Of a stretch of 64,000 nucleotides of DNA, positions 28,041 through 39,339 are shown one piece after another; the first letter of the stretch is position 1, and every line of letters starts with the position of its first letter. This stretch comes from Vicugna vicugna (Eukaryota), in assembly GCA_013265495.1 (NCBI GenBank), contig MU061578.1, positions 381,308 to 445,307 on the forward strand. Direction: 5' to 3'. Both the position numbers and the translations under genes were made by a program. The notes under the pieces are model-generated. The model was not told where the DNA came from. It was given only the letters and a program-made list of their open reading frames with translations, and ran no database searches.

Positions 28041-29339
28041 GGAATCTTTTGGGATATTTACTTCCATTCACATCACCTTTCTATGCCAGCACAATCTTGC
28101 TGAGTGCCATACACCCCTTATCCTGCTTCAATTAATTACTTCTTTGCTTGCTTACAACCACTCCTTACAAACCCAGTTCTCTAGCAACTCTGACACTTCT
28201 GGCTGGAAATGGTGGGTTTTTGACCAAGTGTTCTTACACAGACAAGTTCCAGAGTGATCCCCAGGAGGATAAAGATTTATACGTATAATTTTTCCTCTGG
28301 TGTCACCTATAGAATAACACAAGTCCTGGAAAAGTCTTTGAATCTACACTTTTATCAATCTATTTCAAGGCAAAGTGTCCTTAAACCATGGTGATTCACA
28401 GAGTAATCAAGAGGAGCTTAATGGATGATGAGGGATTTAAGAGCTAGACCTTGCAACCAGGCATCTATCAGTCAAACTCTAAAACAGGGCAAATGTGGAT
28501 GGCATCTGTGTGTGTGCATTTAAGACAGGAGAGGGGCAGGAATATAACAGGCAGAGTTAGGAGCATATACTTCCAACTTGGACATATTTAAATTGCAATG
28601 AAATAACAAAGCCAGTCAGAAACTCTGAGCCAGTTTCTTTCCTCGTTAGATGAATGTTTCCTGTCAACAATCCTGCTAGATTCTCAGGAGACAGTTGATG
28701 TCAGAGAACATAAACTTTCACCCCAGGTGGCTGGGGAGGTAGAGCGATGAGTCAGGAAGTCAATAACTAAACTCTTTTCTCAAGGTTATTTAGCAGATGG
28801 AAAAGTTTCCATAAAACTCCAATGGTCCCCTCTGGAACCCTCTGACTGGGCTGATTCTTACAGTGAGTCTTAAGTTCCAGTGGGGGCCATAGAAGAGACC
28901 AATAATGATGACAGAAGAGGCTCAATAAGGTTAGCCAAAGCTTGAACCCCACAGGGGAGGTGGAAGTCTTCTGCCTGTGAGGGCCAATGGGCCTTTACTG
29001 CCCATTGTAGGGAGGGGCAAATGACTGAGAGAGGCAGAGGACTTCGAAAACTCCCAGGTTGACAGTTAAATTTCTAACTCCTCCACCACCTTCACTGGTA
29101 ATGAGAGGCTCTCATTAGGGGCTGGGACTGGTATAGGCGTTACCCAGCTCCATTTAGAGGCACCAAAGTGAGATGGGCTTAGCCTGTCCTGGGTTCTTTC
29201 TCCTGTGGGTGGAGGCTGATCCCAGTGGGGCAGTGCACATGTTGAGACCAGGAATGACCAAACAGGAGGCCTACAGCCCTGGCATCAAAAAGAGAGAGGA
29301 CTTGGTGGACTAGAAACTGTTCTTACTGTCAGACACATT

Positions 29340-29520
29340 GACATTGAACTCCAACCTTGATTCTCTAATGCCATATTTGAGTCTGGGTGTTCTTTTGTGA
29401 GAAACAAGGGCAATAATACATCCTTTATAGGGTCCCTTGATGACTCAATGAAATAATGCCAAACTATTTAACACCATGCTGGGCAGATTAAACCCCCAGA
29501 AAATAGTAACTTTCTGACAC
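29340..29520 (+). mobile_element. MIR inside EBLL
   Basis: tgtgagaaacaagggcaataatacatcc..caatgaaataatgcc..ccatgctgggca. Confidence 0.6.
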
Positions 29521-30009
29521 ATCGCTTTGCAAATCTAGAGAAGCTGTGTCACTGAATAGATGTAGATTTTGACTCAGACTTTAGAAACAGGTGGATTTGG
29601 GCCAGCTCACCTCTTTCATCTTCAATTCAGTTTCCTGACTTCCCATCTGCCTCCCTGCCTCTTCTATTTCAAATAAAAGTTGGTCTCTCTTCTGTTACTG
29701 TTTCCTCTCTGCTCTGACATTCCCAAACCAGGTTTTTCTTTATCACAAACACCCACCCAGAGATCTCTGTGATTAGGACAATCCCTTCTCAGCTCTGCAC
29801 TCTTTTCTTTGCATGAGGTCTCCTTAGCTAACTTTACAAGCTGTTGCTTTGCTCAAAAAGATTTGTGACAGCATATATGAAAGTGTGTGTGGTGGTACAT
29901 CAAGGATGTCTGTCCTCTGTGACCCCACCTCCATGCAGCCTGGGAGCCTGAATCCAGAACAGAAAGTCCCAGCTGCCATCTTATGATGAAGAAGAATAAG
30001 GCTTATCTC

Positions 30010-30400
30010 ATTTATTGGAGCTTTCTAGAGCAAAGAGAACAGAGAAAAGACTCAATAGATTTTCGCAGGACAGGAAAAAAGTGCTATGAAAACACAGACT
30101 TCCTCTGAACCTCCGAACCTCTGAATCTTCCTCTGAACCTCCGAGTGAGGTTTCCCTCTGAATGCTGACGTGTGAGTTGGCCTGGTACAGACTGGGAGAA
30201 AGGTCATTCCGTTCAGAAAGGACAGGATATACAAACACACAGAGACAGGTTCAAACATATTTTTTGTGGTTAAAGCAGAGAATGTGTAATAGGAGCTGAG
30301 ACTGGGGAAGAAACGTGGTGTCTGGCGGGGACAGGTAGAAGAAAGGGAGCCTAGAAAGAGGCAAGAACACAGGTCAGGAAATTATAGTGAACATTTACTG
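30010..30400 (-). mobile_element. L2 fragment inside the 5' part of EBLL
   Basis: aagtgctatgaaaacacaga..gacgtgtgagttgg..cattccgttcagaaaggacag. Confidence 0.6.
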
Positions 30401-30599
30401 CATCCTTCTGTGGGAATTCAACAGGGACACCAAGAACATTTACTTAATTATGCCAGGGTCAGAGATGAGGACTCCTTTCAACATAAACTAAAATAGATTC
30501 CACAGCAGCAGAATAAGGCTCCCTCAGTCACTCAGAAACAAAGAGGAAAAAAAATATTGGACAAAGCATTTTTGGCTAAGGCTAAAACAAGCTGAATTA

Positions 30600-30965
30600 C
30601 TCAAGTTCTTACAGTCCTATTTAAAAGGTACAATTCACCATGAGTTCAAAGCATTTCCATGTTCAAGATGACAACTCAACAGTGAATTCTCAGAGATATT
30701 AACATGAAGAACATAGTGAAGGAGTTAAAATTTGAAGGAAAAAAGGATTGGGGATTATATGGACTTGAACTATGGAAAAGGTTGAAATGCATTCAAGAAA
30801 GCAATAAAGACTAGTGAACCAGAAACTCCCTGTTCACTTATGATAAAATATCTAGTTAATACCAAATAAAAGATTCAAATAGACTTGTTATGGTTCTTTA
30901 GAAAGTCTCTCTAAAATAATGCTGATATCCCCCCGTCTTTTAAAAGCACTTTCACAAATAAAATG
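30600..30965 (-). pseudogene. EBLM: Endogenous bornavirus-like matrix remnant directly downstream of G
   Basis: GDISIILE/GWPTLMLE; YLNLLF/FLNIPF; SIVQVHIIPNPFFLQIL then, after a frameshift, NSFTMF versus SLVNIYFQIDDFLLLTLNSLSVY. About 120 codons, compatible with M. Confidence 0.7.
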
Positions 30966-31107
30966 TTGCCTTTAGGAAGGAAGATGGCCTATGGGGAGTA
31001 AGCAGCTTAGTTCGAAGGAAAAAGATATGAGAGGAACATAATTTCTGTACTTAGAATTGTCCTTAGACACTGTTTCGAGAATCCTACCTTGGAAACAAGA
31101 TCCACCC

Positions 31108-31500
31108 TTCATTTAATATATGCATGTATGGGCTTCCGATCACATACCTGCACCTTGAACACAAAAATGCAGGCCATTTTAGTGGAAAAGATGGAAAATC
31201 AAATTGACAATTTCAGTAAAGGGTGAAAGATACTCTAAAAAAGAAAACATTCAGTACTTTAAGAGCACAAAAGAGGGAAGGCTCAGTGGTTGGGAAAATC
31301 AGGAGGACATCATTGAAGAGGTGACATCTGAACTGGTTCTTGAAGGTTTAATAGGAGTTCACCAGGTTGGAGAATATCTTCTGCTTGAAAAGCACAGGTC
31401 AGTAACACTGCAGAGAACAGTGAGAAAACCTCAGTGAAGTGGGTTATTAAGTTGAAGGAGAGTACATGTGACTGGGCAAAAGACCAGGGTTTTAACCAAA
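31108..31500 (-). mobile_element. L2 3' end inside EBLG
   Basis: tcaggaggacatcattgaagaggtgacatctgaactggttcttgaagg. Confidence 0.7.
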
Positions 31501-31706
31501 TTGCAGACCAAAGAGTATTTATCTTCTTTCTTGGTCTGTGAATTAACCAATGTTATTGATGTGAATACATATCTGAAAAGAGACCTGAGGGATGCTTAAT
31601 GGTGGGTCTTACTTCAAATCTAAGGGGAAGCATAAGTCAAGTTAAGCCCTGTCTCTCTCTTCAGGAAAAGAAAAAAAAAAAGCCAACGAAATTCTTTTGT
31701 CCTCCC

Positions 31707-32191
31707 TGTGTTAGTTTTCCAGGGCTACTATAACGAAGGGCCACAAGCTGGGTGACTTAAAACTACAGGAGTTTTTCTCCCATAGTTCTGGAGGCCAGAA
31801 GTCTGAAATTCAAATGTCAACAAGATTAGCTCCTTCTGAAGGCTCCAAAGGAGAATCTGTTCCATGCCTTTTTTGTAGCTTCTGGGGGCTGCTAGCAATT
31901 CTTTGAGCCCCTTGGCTTATAGACACATCCCTCCAACCACTGCCTTCATCTTCACATGGCCTTTCCCTCTGCCTGTCTCTGTGTCTTCTCCTCCTCCTCC
32001 ATTTTCAATAAGAACACTTATCACTGGATTTAGGATCCACCCGAAAACTAGGACTATCTTACCTTAAGATCCTCAACCTAAGTCCATCTGAAAGGTCCTC
32101 ATTTCCAACAAGGTTACATTCACAGTAACCTCTGAACCTCCGACTGAGGTTTCAGGACAGGACTTTTGAAGCTACTATTCAACCTACTACA
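31707..32191 (-). mobile_element. MLT1C-like LTR inside EBLG
   Basis: Complete TG..CA element: tgtgttagttttccagggct..attcaacctactaca. Confidence 0.85.
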
Positions 32192-32300
32192 CTCTTCTGA
32201 ACAGTTTTTCCAAAGTTTTCTCTTCTATAAAGAGAGAAGGTGACCCTATAACTTTTAAGTGAGAAGAGGGGAACTACTAGGAACCATGCAGTTCAAGGCA

Positions 32301-32969
32301 GACAGTGGTCCACCTATAAAGTAAGCTTGAAGCAAGGATTAAAGTGTTCATACTTCACCCGAGAGTTGAAAGTCCAGGACAGTGACGGTAAGGGAAAGAT
32401 GGGACAGAGGCCAGGAAAGATGTGAAGAGATGCTATACACTGTTTTTCAATGATGGCCACCACTTTATAACAAGCTACAGAGAGACCAATCACGTTTGCT
32501 CAGTGAACAAGGCGGCTTAGCAAAAGGGACTTTCTTAGGAAGGGTTGCAAGAAAGAACTACAACTAGCAGGAGACTCCATAATGGAGAAAGGACTTTATT
32601 TGCCCAGGATCTTCTATACCTGCTTCTTTTTGGTTAAGGTTTACCTTATGGAGAACTGGGTCTCCACACTTCAAGGTTCTATCACCTGCCCCTGATTATC
32701 CCTCAAGAAGGCTGGGTTCCTTACCTCATGGTGTGGCATTCCATCCAAGATCAGAAGTAGAGGGACAACTTGGGGTGAGCAGGGCTCAGCTTATTGGGAG
32801 TGAGGGTGTACAGGTCCAGGGCTTCTTGAACCCAGCCAACCCAGGAAGTTTGGTAAAGGCACCAACAAAGATGCAGCCGAGTGGTCCAGAAGGTGGAGGT
32901 GGTATTTTCCAAAAGAAGGAAGCTGTCAAGGGAAATCTAAGAGGACTTTAATTTGTGCCTGATACTAGT
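32301..32969. mobile_element. Old LTR-like insertion inside EBLG
   Basis: Flanked by the direct repeat ttcaaggca; the G-like reading joins across it. Family uncertain. Confidence 0.45.
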
Positions 32970-33091
32970 TTCAAGGCACAGTGTTGATGGAGACAGTTTT
33001 TATATCAAGAGTTTGCTCCAAACACTAAAGACGTTTACTTTCTAAAGTTGTGGGAAGAACAGTAGTATGATGGGGATAAGAAAGTAGGATA

Positions 33092-33412
33092 AGGAATCTA
33101 AAAAACAAACAAACAAAGCATAAATACGGAACAGAAATAGACTCATAGACATAGAATACAGACTTGTGGTTGCCAAGGGGGTGGGGGGTGGGACGAGAGA
33201 GACTAGGATTTCAAAATTGTAGAATAGACAAACAAGATTATACTGTATAGCACAGGGAAATAAATACAAGATTTTATGGTAGCTCACACACAAAGGAATG
33301 TGACAATGAATATATATATGTTCATGTATAATTGAAAAATTGTGCTCTACACTGGAATTTGACGCAACATTGTAAAATGATTATAAATCAATAAAAAATG
33401 TTAAAAAAAAAA
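33092..33412 (+). mobile_element. Young camelid-type L1 3' end with poly(A), inside EBLG
   Basis: Target-site duplication AAGAAAGTAGGATA (33078-33091) versus AAGAAAGGGGGATA (33413-33426). Confidence 0.9.
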
Positions 33413-35597
33413 AAGAAAGGGGGATAGAGACTCTATTAACTAACAATTCTGTTGCAGGGCATAGATGTTAACCTAAAAAATAATAAATTACCTTGACCAA
33501 GTGGTCTAGGGAAATATATAATACTTTGTTTTGCAATACAAAGGTAAGCAGTGTATATCTTTCACCTGCATTATTATTTACTTTTTTAACTTAACAGAGA
33601 GAAGAGAGAGAAATAGCATTTACCCACTGTAAGCTTTTTATTATTATTATTTTTTAATGGTGAATCTTGCTAGAACCATAATGAAGCTCTGGAAGAAATA
33701 AAAACTTATGATCAGAACAAGCATTATAGACATTTATGTAAAACTGGAAGTGAACAGTATTTTCCCATCTGTTACTAATTCATAACCAGATTCTCTCTGG
33801 TATTGTGACTGAAGTACATTTTTATAATTCATTTCTTGGCTTCAACTGTTGGGGAGTTCTCGTCTTTTTTAATTTCACAACATCAGATGTTCATGAGGAA
33901 GTTACCATTATGACTTTGAGTCAACATGTTATCAATTCCAAGAGGAGAGGATGCAGCCAGATAAAGCAGTGAATTGGAGGTTTTAAAATAGAGCTGTATT
34001 TCTAAACACTCTATGCTTCAGGAAACTATTGAGGAAAGTAGGAAATGGCTCAAGGGCTGGTTTTGAGGATCCCATATGCACAATTACAGTACATCAGGCC
34101 ATTCTGTGATCCAACAACCCTGTTTGTGCTTGTGCCTTCAATGATGCCAAAACCCATTAACTACTCAATAGCCAAGGTGAGCATTTGACGGAACACGAGT
34201 GATCTGCTGCCTGGGTGAGAGACAGAGAGAAAGAAAGAGGGAGAGGGAGGGAGAGGGAGAGAGAGAGAGAAAATTAGGGTGAGTGCTAATCTTAGACAAT
34301 CCCACACTTTGACATGGTGGTCTAGAAAAACTTCATCAATAAGAGCAAAGGAAAACCACTATTTCTTAATAACAACCACAAGCAAATATTTTCATGTATC
34401 AAAATGTTTAAACACAGAACATCATTTTAAGCAATCAACTCTCTGGTTGACATTTCTGAGACACAAAATTATACTGAACTTGATCAAGATGCATTGTATT
34501 TTAGCCCAAATCCATGGAGTTTTTAGCAAAGTAAATGTCTTTTTCATTTTTTCCCTTTTACAATATCACTTACCAGGTTATGTCTTTCCTTTTATGTTGT
34601 GTAAACAATAGTATTTTTACTATGAAAACAGTATTTATTTGGTCATTTTATATATATAAACATAGTCTGAAACAAAATGTTCAAGGAAACATGTATGATA
34701 TTTCCCAGAATATGAATCTTGTATTGTTAAACTAGCTAAGTTTGTTTCTTTGAAGCTTTCTATTCTTTTTCAGATAGTATCACATTATGGAACTTAAGAA
34801 GGTTTATTAGCAGGTAAAAAAATTGTACAATATTTTAGAAAAATATAATTTCAAAATGAATCAAGTTTAAAATGCTTATATTGTCTGACATAGTAAGTCC
34901 AAATGCAGGAATTCATACTAAGAAAATAATTCTGATTTGAAGGATATGTTATATACTCAAAGTTACTGACTACAATTTATTTACAATAGTTAAAACTTCA
35001 AAACTATATCAATGAATCACCATTTTTGCGGAACAATGTGAAATACCCATTCTTTGGGGCAAACTGTTGCCATTTATTTTAGTTTACTTTTTAAGAATAC
35101 TATGTAAAAACATGGAAAGAAATCTCAAAGAAAGATATTATGGCTAGTTAGGCAAAGACACCCTACAATCGGTCTACTGTCACCACAGTGCTCTCTGCAA
35201 TTATTTAAATGGAAAGTGGGAAGAATACAAGCAGATGAATAAACCAAACAAAAAACTACTTTTTTCTATTACAATTTTCAGACCTGATCCTACCCTGAGT
35301 CCAAACTTTTAAAGCTTCTCAAACAAAAAAAATAATAAAAATTTTAGGAGTAACAACAAGAGTTTCCTTGGAGTTCGCTCTAAAATAAACCTATCATGTA
35401 GGTTTTTGCCAAGGTTTCTCACTTTGGTAATGAGAATACTAGGAGCTAGAGACAGTCAATCATCTCTCTGTTCTTAGGGCTATGAAGTGATGGATGGAGC
35501 ATTTGAATTCAGGTTGGTTTGACTTTACATCTGTGGTATTGTGCAAACAGAATTTCATATGTTTCTTAAAATTACAGCCAGAGAAGGGGAAGATTAC

Positions 35598-36650
35598 AAA
35601 ACACAACCTACAGAATGGGAGGAAATATTTGCAAATAATGCAACTGACAAGGGCTTAATTTGCAGAATATACAAACACCTCATACAACTTAATAACAACA
35701 ACAACAACAAAAACAAACAACCCAATCAAAAAACGGGCAGAAGACCTAAACAAGCAATTCTCCAGTGAAGACATACAAACGGCCAATAGGCACGCTCAGT
35801 ATCACTGATTATCAGAGAAATGCAAATCAAAACTACGTGAGGTATCACATCAAACTAGTCAGAATGTCCATTATTCAAAAGTCCACAAATGATAAATGCT
35901 GGAGAGGCTGTGGAGAAAAGAACTTTCTAATACTGTTGGTGGCAATGTATTTTGGTATAGCCATTATGGAAAACAGTATGGAGATTCCTCAACAGACTAA
36001 AAGTGGACTTACCATATGATCCAGCAATTCTATTCCTGAGCATATATCTGGAGGAAATTCTAATTCAAAAAGACACATGCACCCCAATGTTCACAGCTGC
36101 ACTATTTACAATAGCCAAAGCATGGAAACAACCTAAATGTTCATTGACAGATGACTGGATAAAGAAGCTGTAGTATATTTATACAACAGAATACTACTCA
36201 GCCATTAAAAAAGAATAAAACAGTGTCATTTGCAACATGGATGGACCCGGAAATCGTCATTCTAAGTGAAGTAAGCCAGAAAGAGAAAGAAAAATATATG
36301 GTATCACTTATATGTGAAATCTAAAAAAAAAAAAAAGACCCAAATGAACTTATTTACAAAACAGAAACAGACTCACAAACATAGAATACAAATCATGGTT
36401 ACCAGGGGAAGAGGGGGTGGGAAGGGATAAAATAGGAGTTCAAGATTTGCAGATACCAACTACTATATAAAAAATAGATAAACAAGTTTATACTGTATAG
36501 CACAGGCAACTATATTCAGTATCTTATAGTAACGTAAAATGAAAAAGAACATGAAAAGGAATATATACATAAATGTATGACTGAAACATTATGCTGTACA
36601 CCAGAAACTGACACAACATTGTAAACTGACTATACTTCAATTAAAAATAT
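35598..36650 (+). mobile_element. Lineage-specific L1 ORF2 end plus 3' UTR
   Basis: Peptide [21 protein letters not shown]; same 3' UTR family as 1721-2595. Confidence 0.92.
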
Positions 36651-37854
36651 TAAGAAGAGAGGCAACCAATAGGTATGAAAATTGAAAAAAAGAAAATGAA
36701 ATAGAAACTAAGGACATAATGAGCTCTGAGGTAATCAAATACTCTTTGGGAAGGGAAACATCAATGAGAATTTTTAATCAGACTTTCTATATTCACATCT
36801 TTTATTAGTTTTTGCAGCATTACCTCCAATGACAACAATGGTAACACAAACATAGAAATAATTTTTAAAATGTCTATTCATAAGGAAATGATGGACTAAC
36901 TGATGTTCCCTCAACATGATAGGATATTTTGCAGATATTAAAAGTTATCATTATGAAAACTGGGTGGAAATATGGGAAATGTTTTTGGTCAACTATGAAA
37001 TGAACAAAGCAGAACACAAAATGACCTGGGCAATATTCATGTTATTCTGTAAAAACATGGGTCTATGTTCTTGGGCTGGAGCGGGGTATACAGAAACGAA
37101 AATAATTGTGTTTTGGATAGTATTTCTGTATTGAAGTATAATTGGGCCTATTATATCTTCCTTTCCATAACTGATACACACACACACATATTTTAGGTAT
37201 CATGAGTTTCACATCTTTGCTCAATTTAATATGTAGAGTGCAACCAGATAAAAGAGTAAATTCAAATGGGATAGAATAATAAATCCATTGTATCCATTAT
37301 ATAGCTTTGAAAATTATTAACTTTTTGTTTTGTTTGAGGCACTTGTATTATTGCAAAACTAAGATGAGATTCAGAAGAAATTAACCCTGGAGATCATCAT
37401 CAAAACTGGGGAAAAGTCACATGTTAGAAACTGAAAATCTACTGACTGACTCATCAGAACCTATCACTCATCTTGGTCCTACATGTGAGCCAAGAACTGC
37501 AGCCTCCTTAAGCTAAGAGATAGGTGGTAAGAGTTGACTCCAAGGAAAATAGGAGTGCCTGGTTGTCAGAGAGAGGTAATTAAGTGTAATATGAATCCAG
37601 GAAAATAGTGTCCACCACCAAGACCTCAAAGCTCCCCAGAGTTTAAACCAAGATGACAGGTTAGAACCATGAGTGAGGTTGAAGTTTGCCAAAGGGCATA
37701 ATCACCTCAGTATCCAGCAAGTAAATATGATTCAGACATACTAACATGTCTGAGATGTAGAATGGAGAAGAACTAGAGCAAAGGAAGATATTTTAGGGGC
37801 TAGGGCTAAATACTTCTAGGAATGAGAAGGAAAGTTAATTAACTGAGCTATTTA

Positions 37855-37955
37855 CCCATCTACCCACCCACTATTTCATCCCATCATCCTTGCATCCATC
37901 CATTTATCTATCTATTCATCTATTCATCCATTTACCCATCCATCCATCCATTCAG
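37855..37955 (+). repeat. Degenerate (ATCC)n
   Basis: catccatccatccattc and variants. Confidence 0.7.
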
Positions 37956-38019
37956 CCAATAAGCCACAATTTTGCAGGAATGAAAGACGTTTAGAATATT
38001 TAGCATATATAGGATGGGG

Positions 38020-38160
38020 GAGTACTGACAAAGTCTGAAGTAATAAGGAGATACTTTGTCTGAAAGTTTAGACTTTATCTTGAGCATGATGGTAAACCAC
38101 TGAAAGATTTTGAACAGCGCAGTGACAAGATGAGATTTACCTTTTAGAAGCAAGTGGCTA
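38020..38160 (-). mobile_element. L2 fragment truncating EBLP
   Basis: gactttatcttgagcatgatggtaaaccactgaaagattttgaacag..gatttaccttttagaa. Confidence 0.7.
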
Positions 38161-38164
38161 GTAA

Positions 38165-38699
38165 TTAGCATATGGTCACAAAAGAGCTGCAGACTTTGAT
38201 TTCTGGAGAGGCAAATAGAAAAGGGGTGTGTCTGAGTTGTCTGACCAAGCCTGGAGAGAGATGCTGTAGCATGTTTTCGGACACTGCGGCTTCAGAACCT
38301 CCAATTATTCCAGGAAACCATGCCTTTCTTCTTTAATCACAATCTTCTTCTTTAATAACAATCAACTATATTCAGGCATTTAATCAAGCAGGTTCTGCTG
38401 AGGTGAGCCTCTATTTTCTGTAGTCAATTTTAGCTACCACTTTAGATTCACATCCAACTTGTCACTAGGGGCAACATTACAGCATGTAAGAGCTGGAAAA
38501 ATGCTAAAAAATATAATCGAGTTCCAGTTTTTCCCATTGTAATGACATCATCACACTGCTCCAAGGCATATCTGGTTAAGAAATAAGTAGGTAAAAATGC
38601 CAATTGACTGATTTTGAAGGTGGAGCCAAATTATCTAATTTCAACTCCACAGACTTCTTTTAGACTTTGGAGAAAAGTGTAGAAGATTCACCCTGCCAT
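38165..38699 (-). pseudogene. EBLP: Endogenous bornavirus-like phosphoprotein remnant, 3' part cut by an L2
   Basis: ATG in ACGATGG at 38699. Blocks in order: MAG*..FLQSLKE/MATR..LVDSLED; RYALEQCDD/RNALTQPVD; SDKL..LTTENR/NDEL..ELAENS; HGF..LEVL/AGF..LSAL; SDNSDT/CDHSDS; IKV..SFVTI/IKI..SMKTM. It lies between N and G as expected. Confidence 0.6.
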
Positions 38700-38751
38700 C
38701 GTCCCTTTACTCTATAATCACCAAACTTTTCCTGACAGAAACCCAAAAACC

Positions 38752-39303
38752 TGACAGCCCAAATTTTTTTTTTAACAATAGAAAAGAGTTTTACTTAGAC
38801 AAACTTGAGGACCAGCCCACTTTCCAGATCACTCTGAGGTGCTGCTCCAGAAAAGCATGGCTTTCAGCACAGCTTCACAGTTTATATCTTGTCAGAACAA
38901 CAACAACAACACATTAACAAGTCAGAGATACATTTCTTCAAGATTTCAAAAGAGGAAAGAAAAAGAGAAAGGAAGGAAGGAAGGAAGGAAGGAAGGAAGG
39001 AAGGAAGGAAGGAAGGAAGAAAAGACCAGCACGTACACAAGAAGTCGGTATTGCCTTGGCACCTGGGAAGGGAGCCTAATCATCAAGGGAGGATGAGCAT
39101 TGGGAACCCAGGAAGAGAGGCATTTAATCTTCATTCTTTATCTCTGGTCAATGTGCCCTTTTCTTCAATAACCAAAGCAGATGTACAGCGCAGGTTTGAT
39201 AGACCACAAATAAGCTATTGTAGCTGGCATAGAATTCAAGGTAACTCACATGTAAGCCAGAAGGGCTTCCCTACGTCTCAATATGTAAAGATTTTGTTTA
39301 TCA
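38752..39303 (-). mobile_element. ERV1-like solo LTR containing (GGAA)12
   Basis: TG..CA ends; ctctgaggtgctgctccag resembles the LTR at 17750; (GGAA)12 at 38971-39018. Confidence 0.65.
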
Positions 39304-39339
39304 CCAGCCTCCTTAATTCCTCCCCAGGAGCCTAAGCGT

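Larger units (their letters stand above)
24250..30580 (-). pseudogene. EBLL: Endogenous bornavirus-like L polymerase remnant, near full length, fragmented by transposons
   Basis: Blocks in order: AAWRWGH/SAWKLDH; YAVTN/YALTN; TWEFSK/SWYFPE; TLLSLF..WPPLELKTHC..WKLF/TLLSIF..WPPVHLLPGC..WQLF (ORF 28767-28952); LDYSVNHHGLR/LDYSSWCNGFR (LDYS at 28411-28400); QRSN*/QGDNQ (28146-28132); ARLCWHRKV/ARLAGHNLKV (28100-28074); DPYMF*IPLLLTL/DPLPFQLALLQTL; GTWSHRLP/GTLTHRLP (26379-26356); LWR..EKALIR/LWR..EKAGLIR; ESALFLN/DSALLMD; IYP..LP..GSNP/IYP..LP..GGDP; SF..GKDI/SF..GLDI. Both ends are approximate. Confidence 0.88.
30980..34184 (-). pseudogene. EBLG: Endogenous bornavirus-like glycoprotein remnant split by L1, an LTR-like insertion, MLT1 and L2
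   Basis: Blocks in order: GLLDHRMA*C/GLIDLEIRRLC; ECL..KT/SCL..KT; NI*CC/NWFYCC; CTSV/CSTV; QRESGYELVTDGKIL/ELESGKAMLSDGSTL (~33800-33755); LDHLVKVI/IEYLVHKL; DIKTVSINTV/DIVGYIVNGV; RVTF/NVTF; GQKNFV/GRKYFL; PEER-TGL/PEARPGL; GWIL/GWVH; CLRTIL/WLRDLL. Confidence 0.78.

Noticed and set aside
33960..34157. One frame resembles bornavirus M (EWPDVL*LCI; IQLYFK..LL)
   Set aside because: The same interval carries a longer collinear set of G matches continuing to about 31000, and a better M match lies at 30965-30600. It also shows that single short matches can arise by chance.
37371..37457. Possible minus-strand C/D box snoRNA
   Set aside because: Non-canonical box C, no convincing terminal stem and no recognisable guide sequence.
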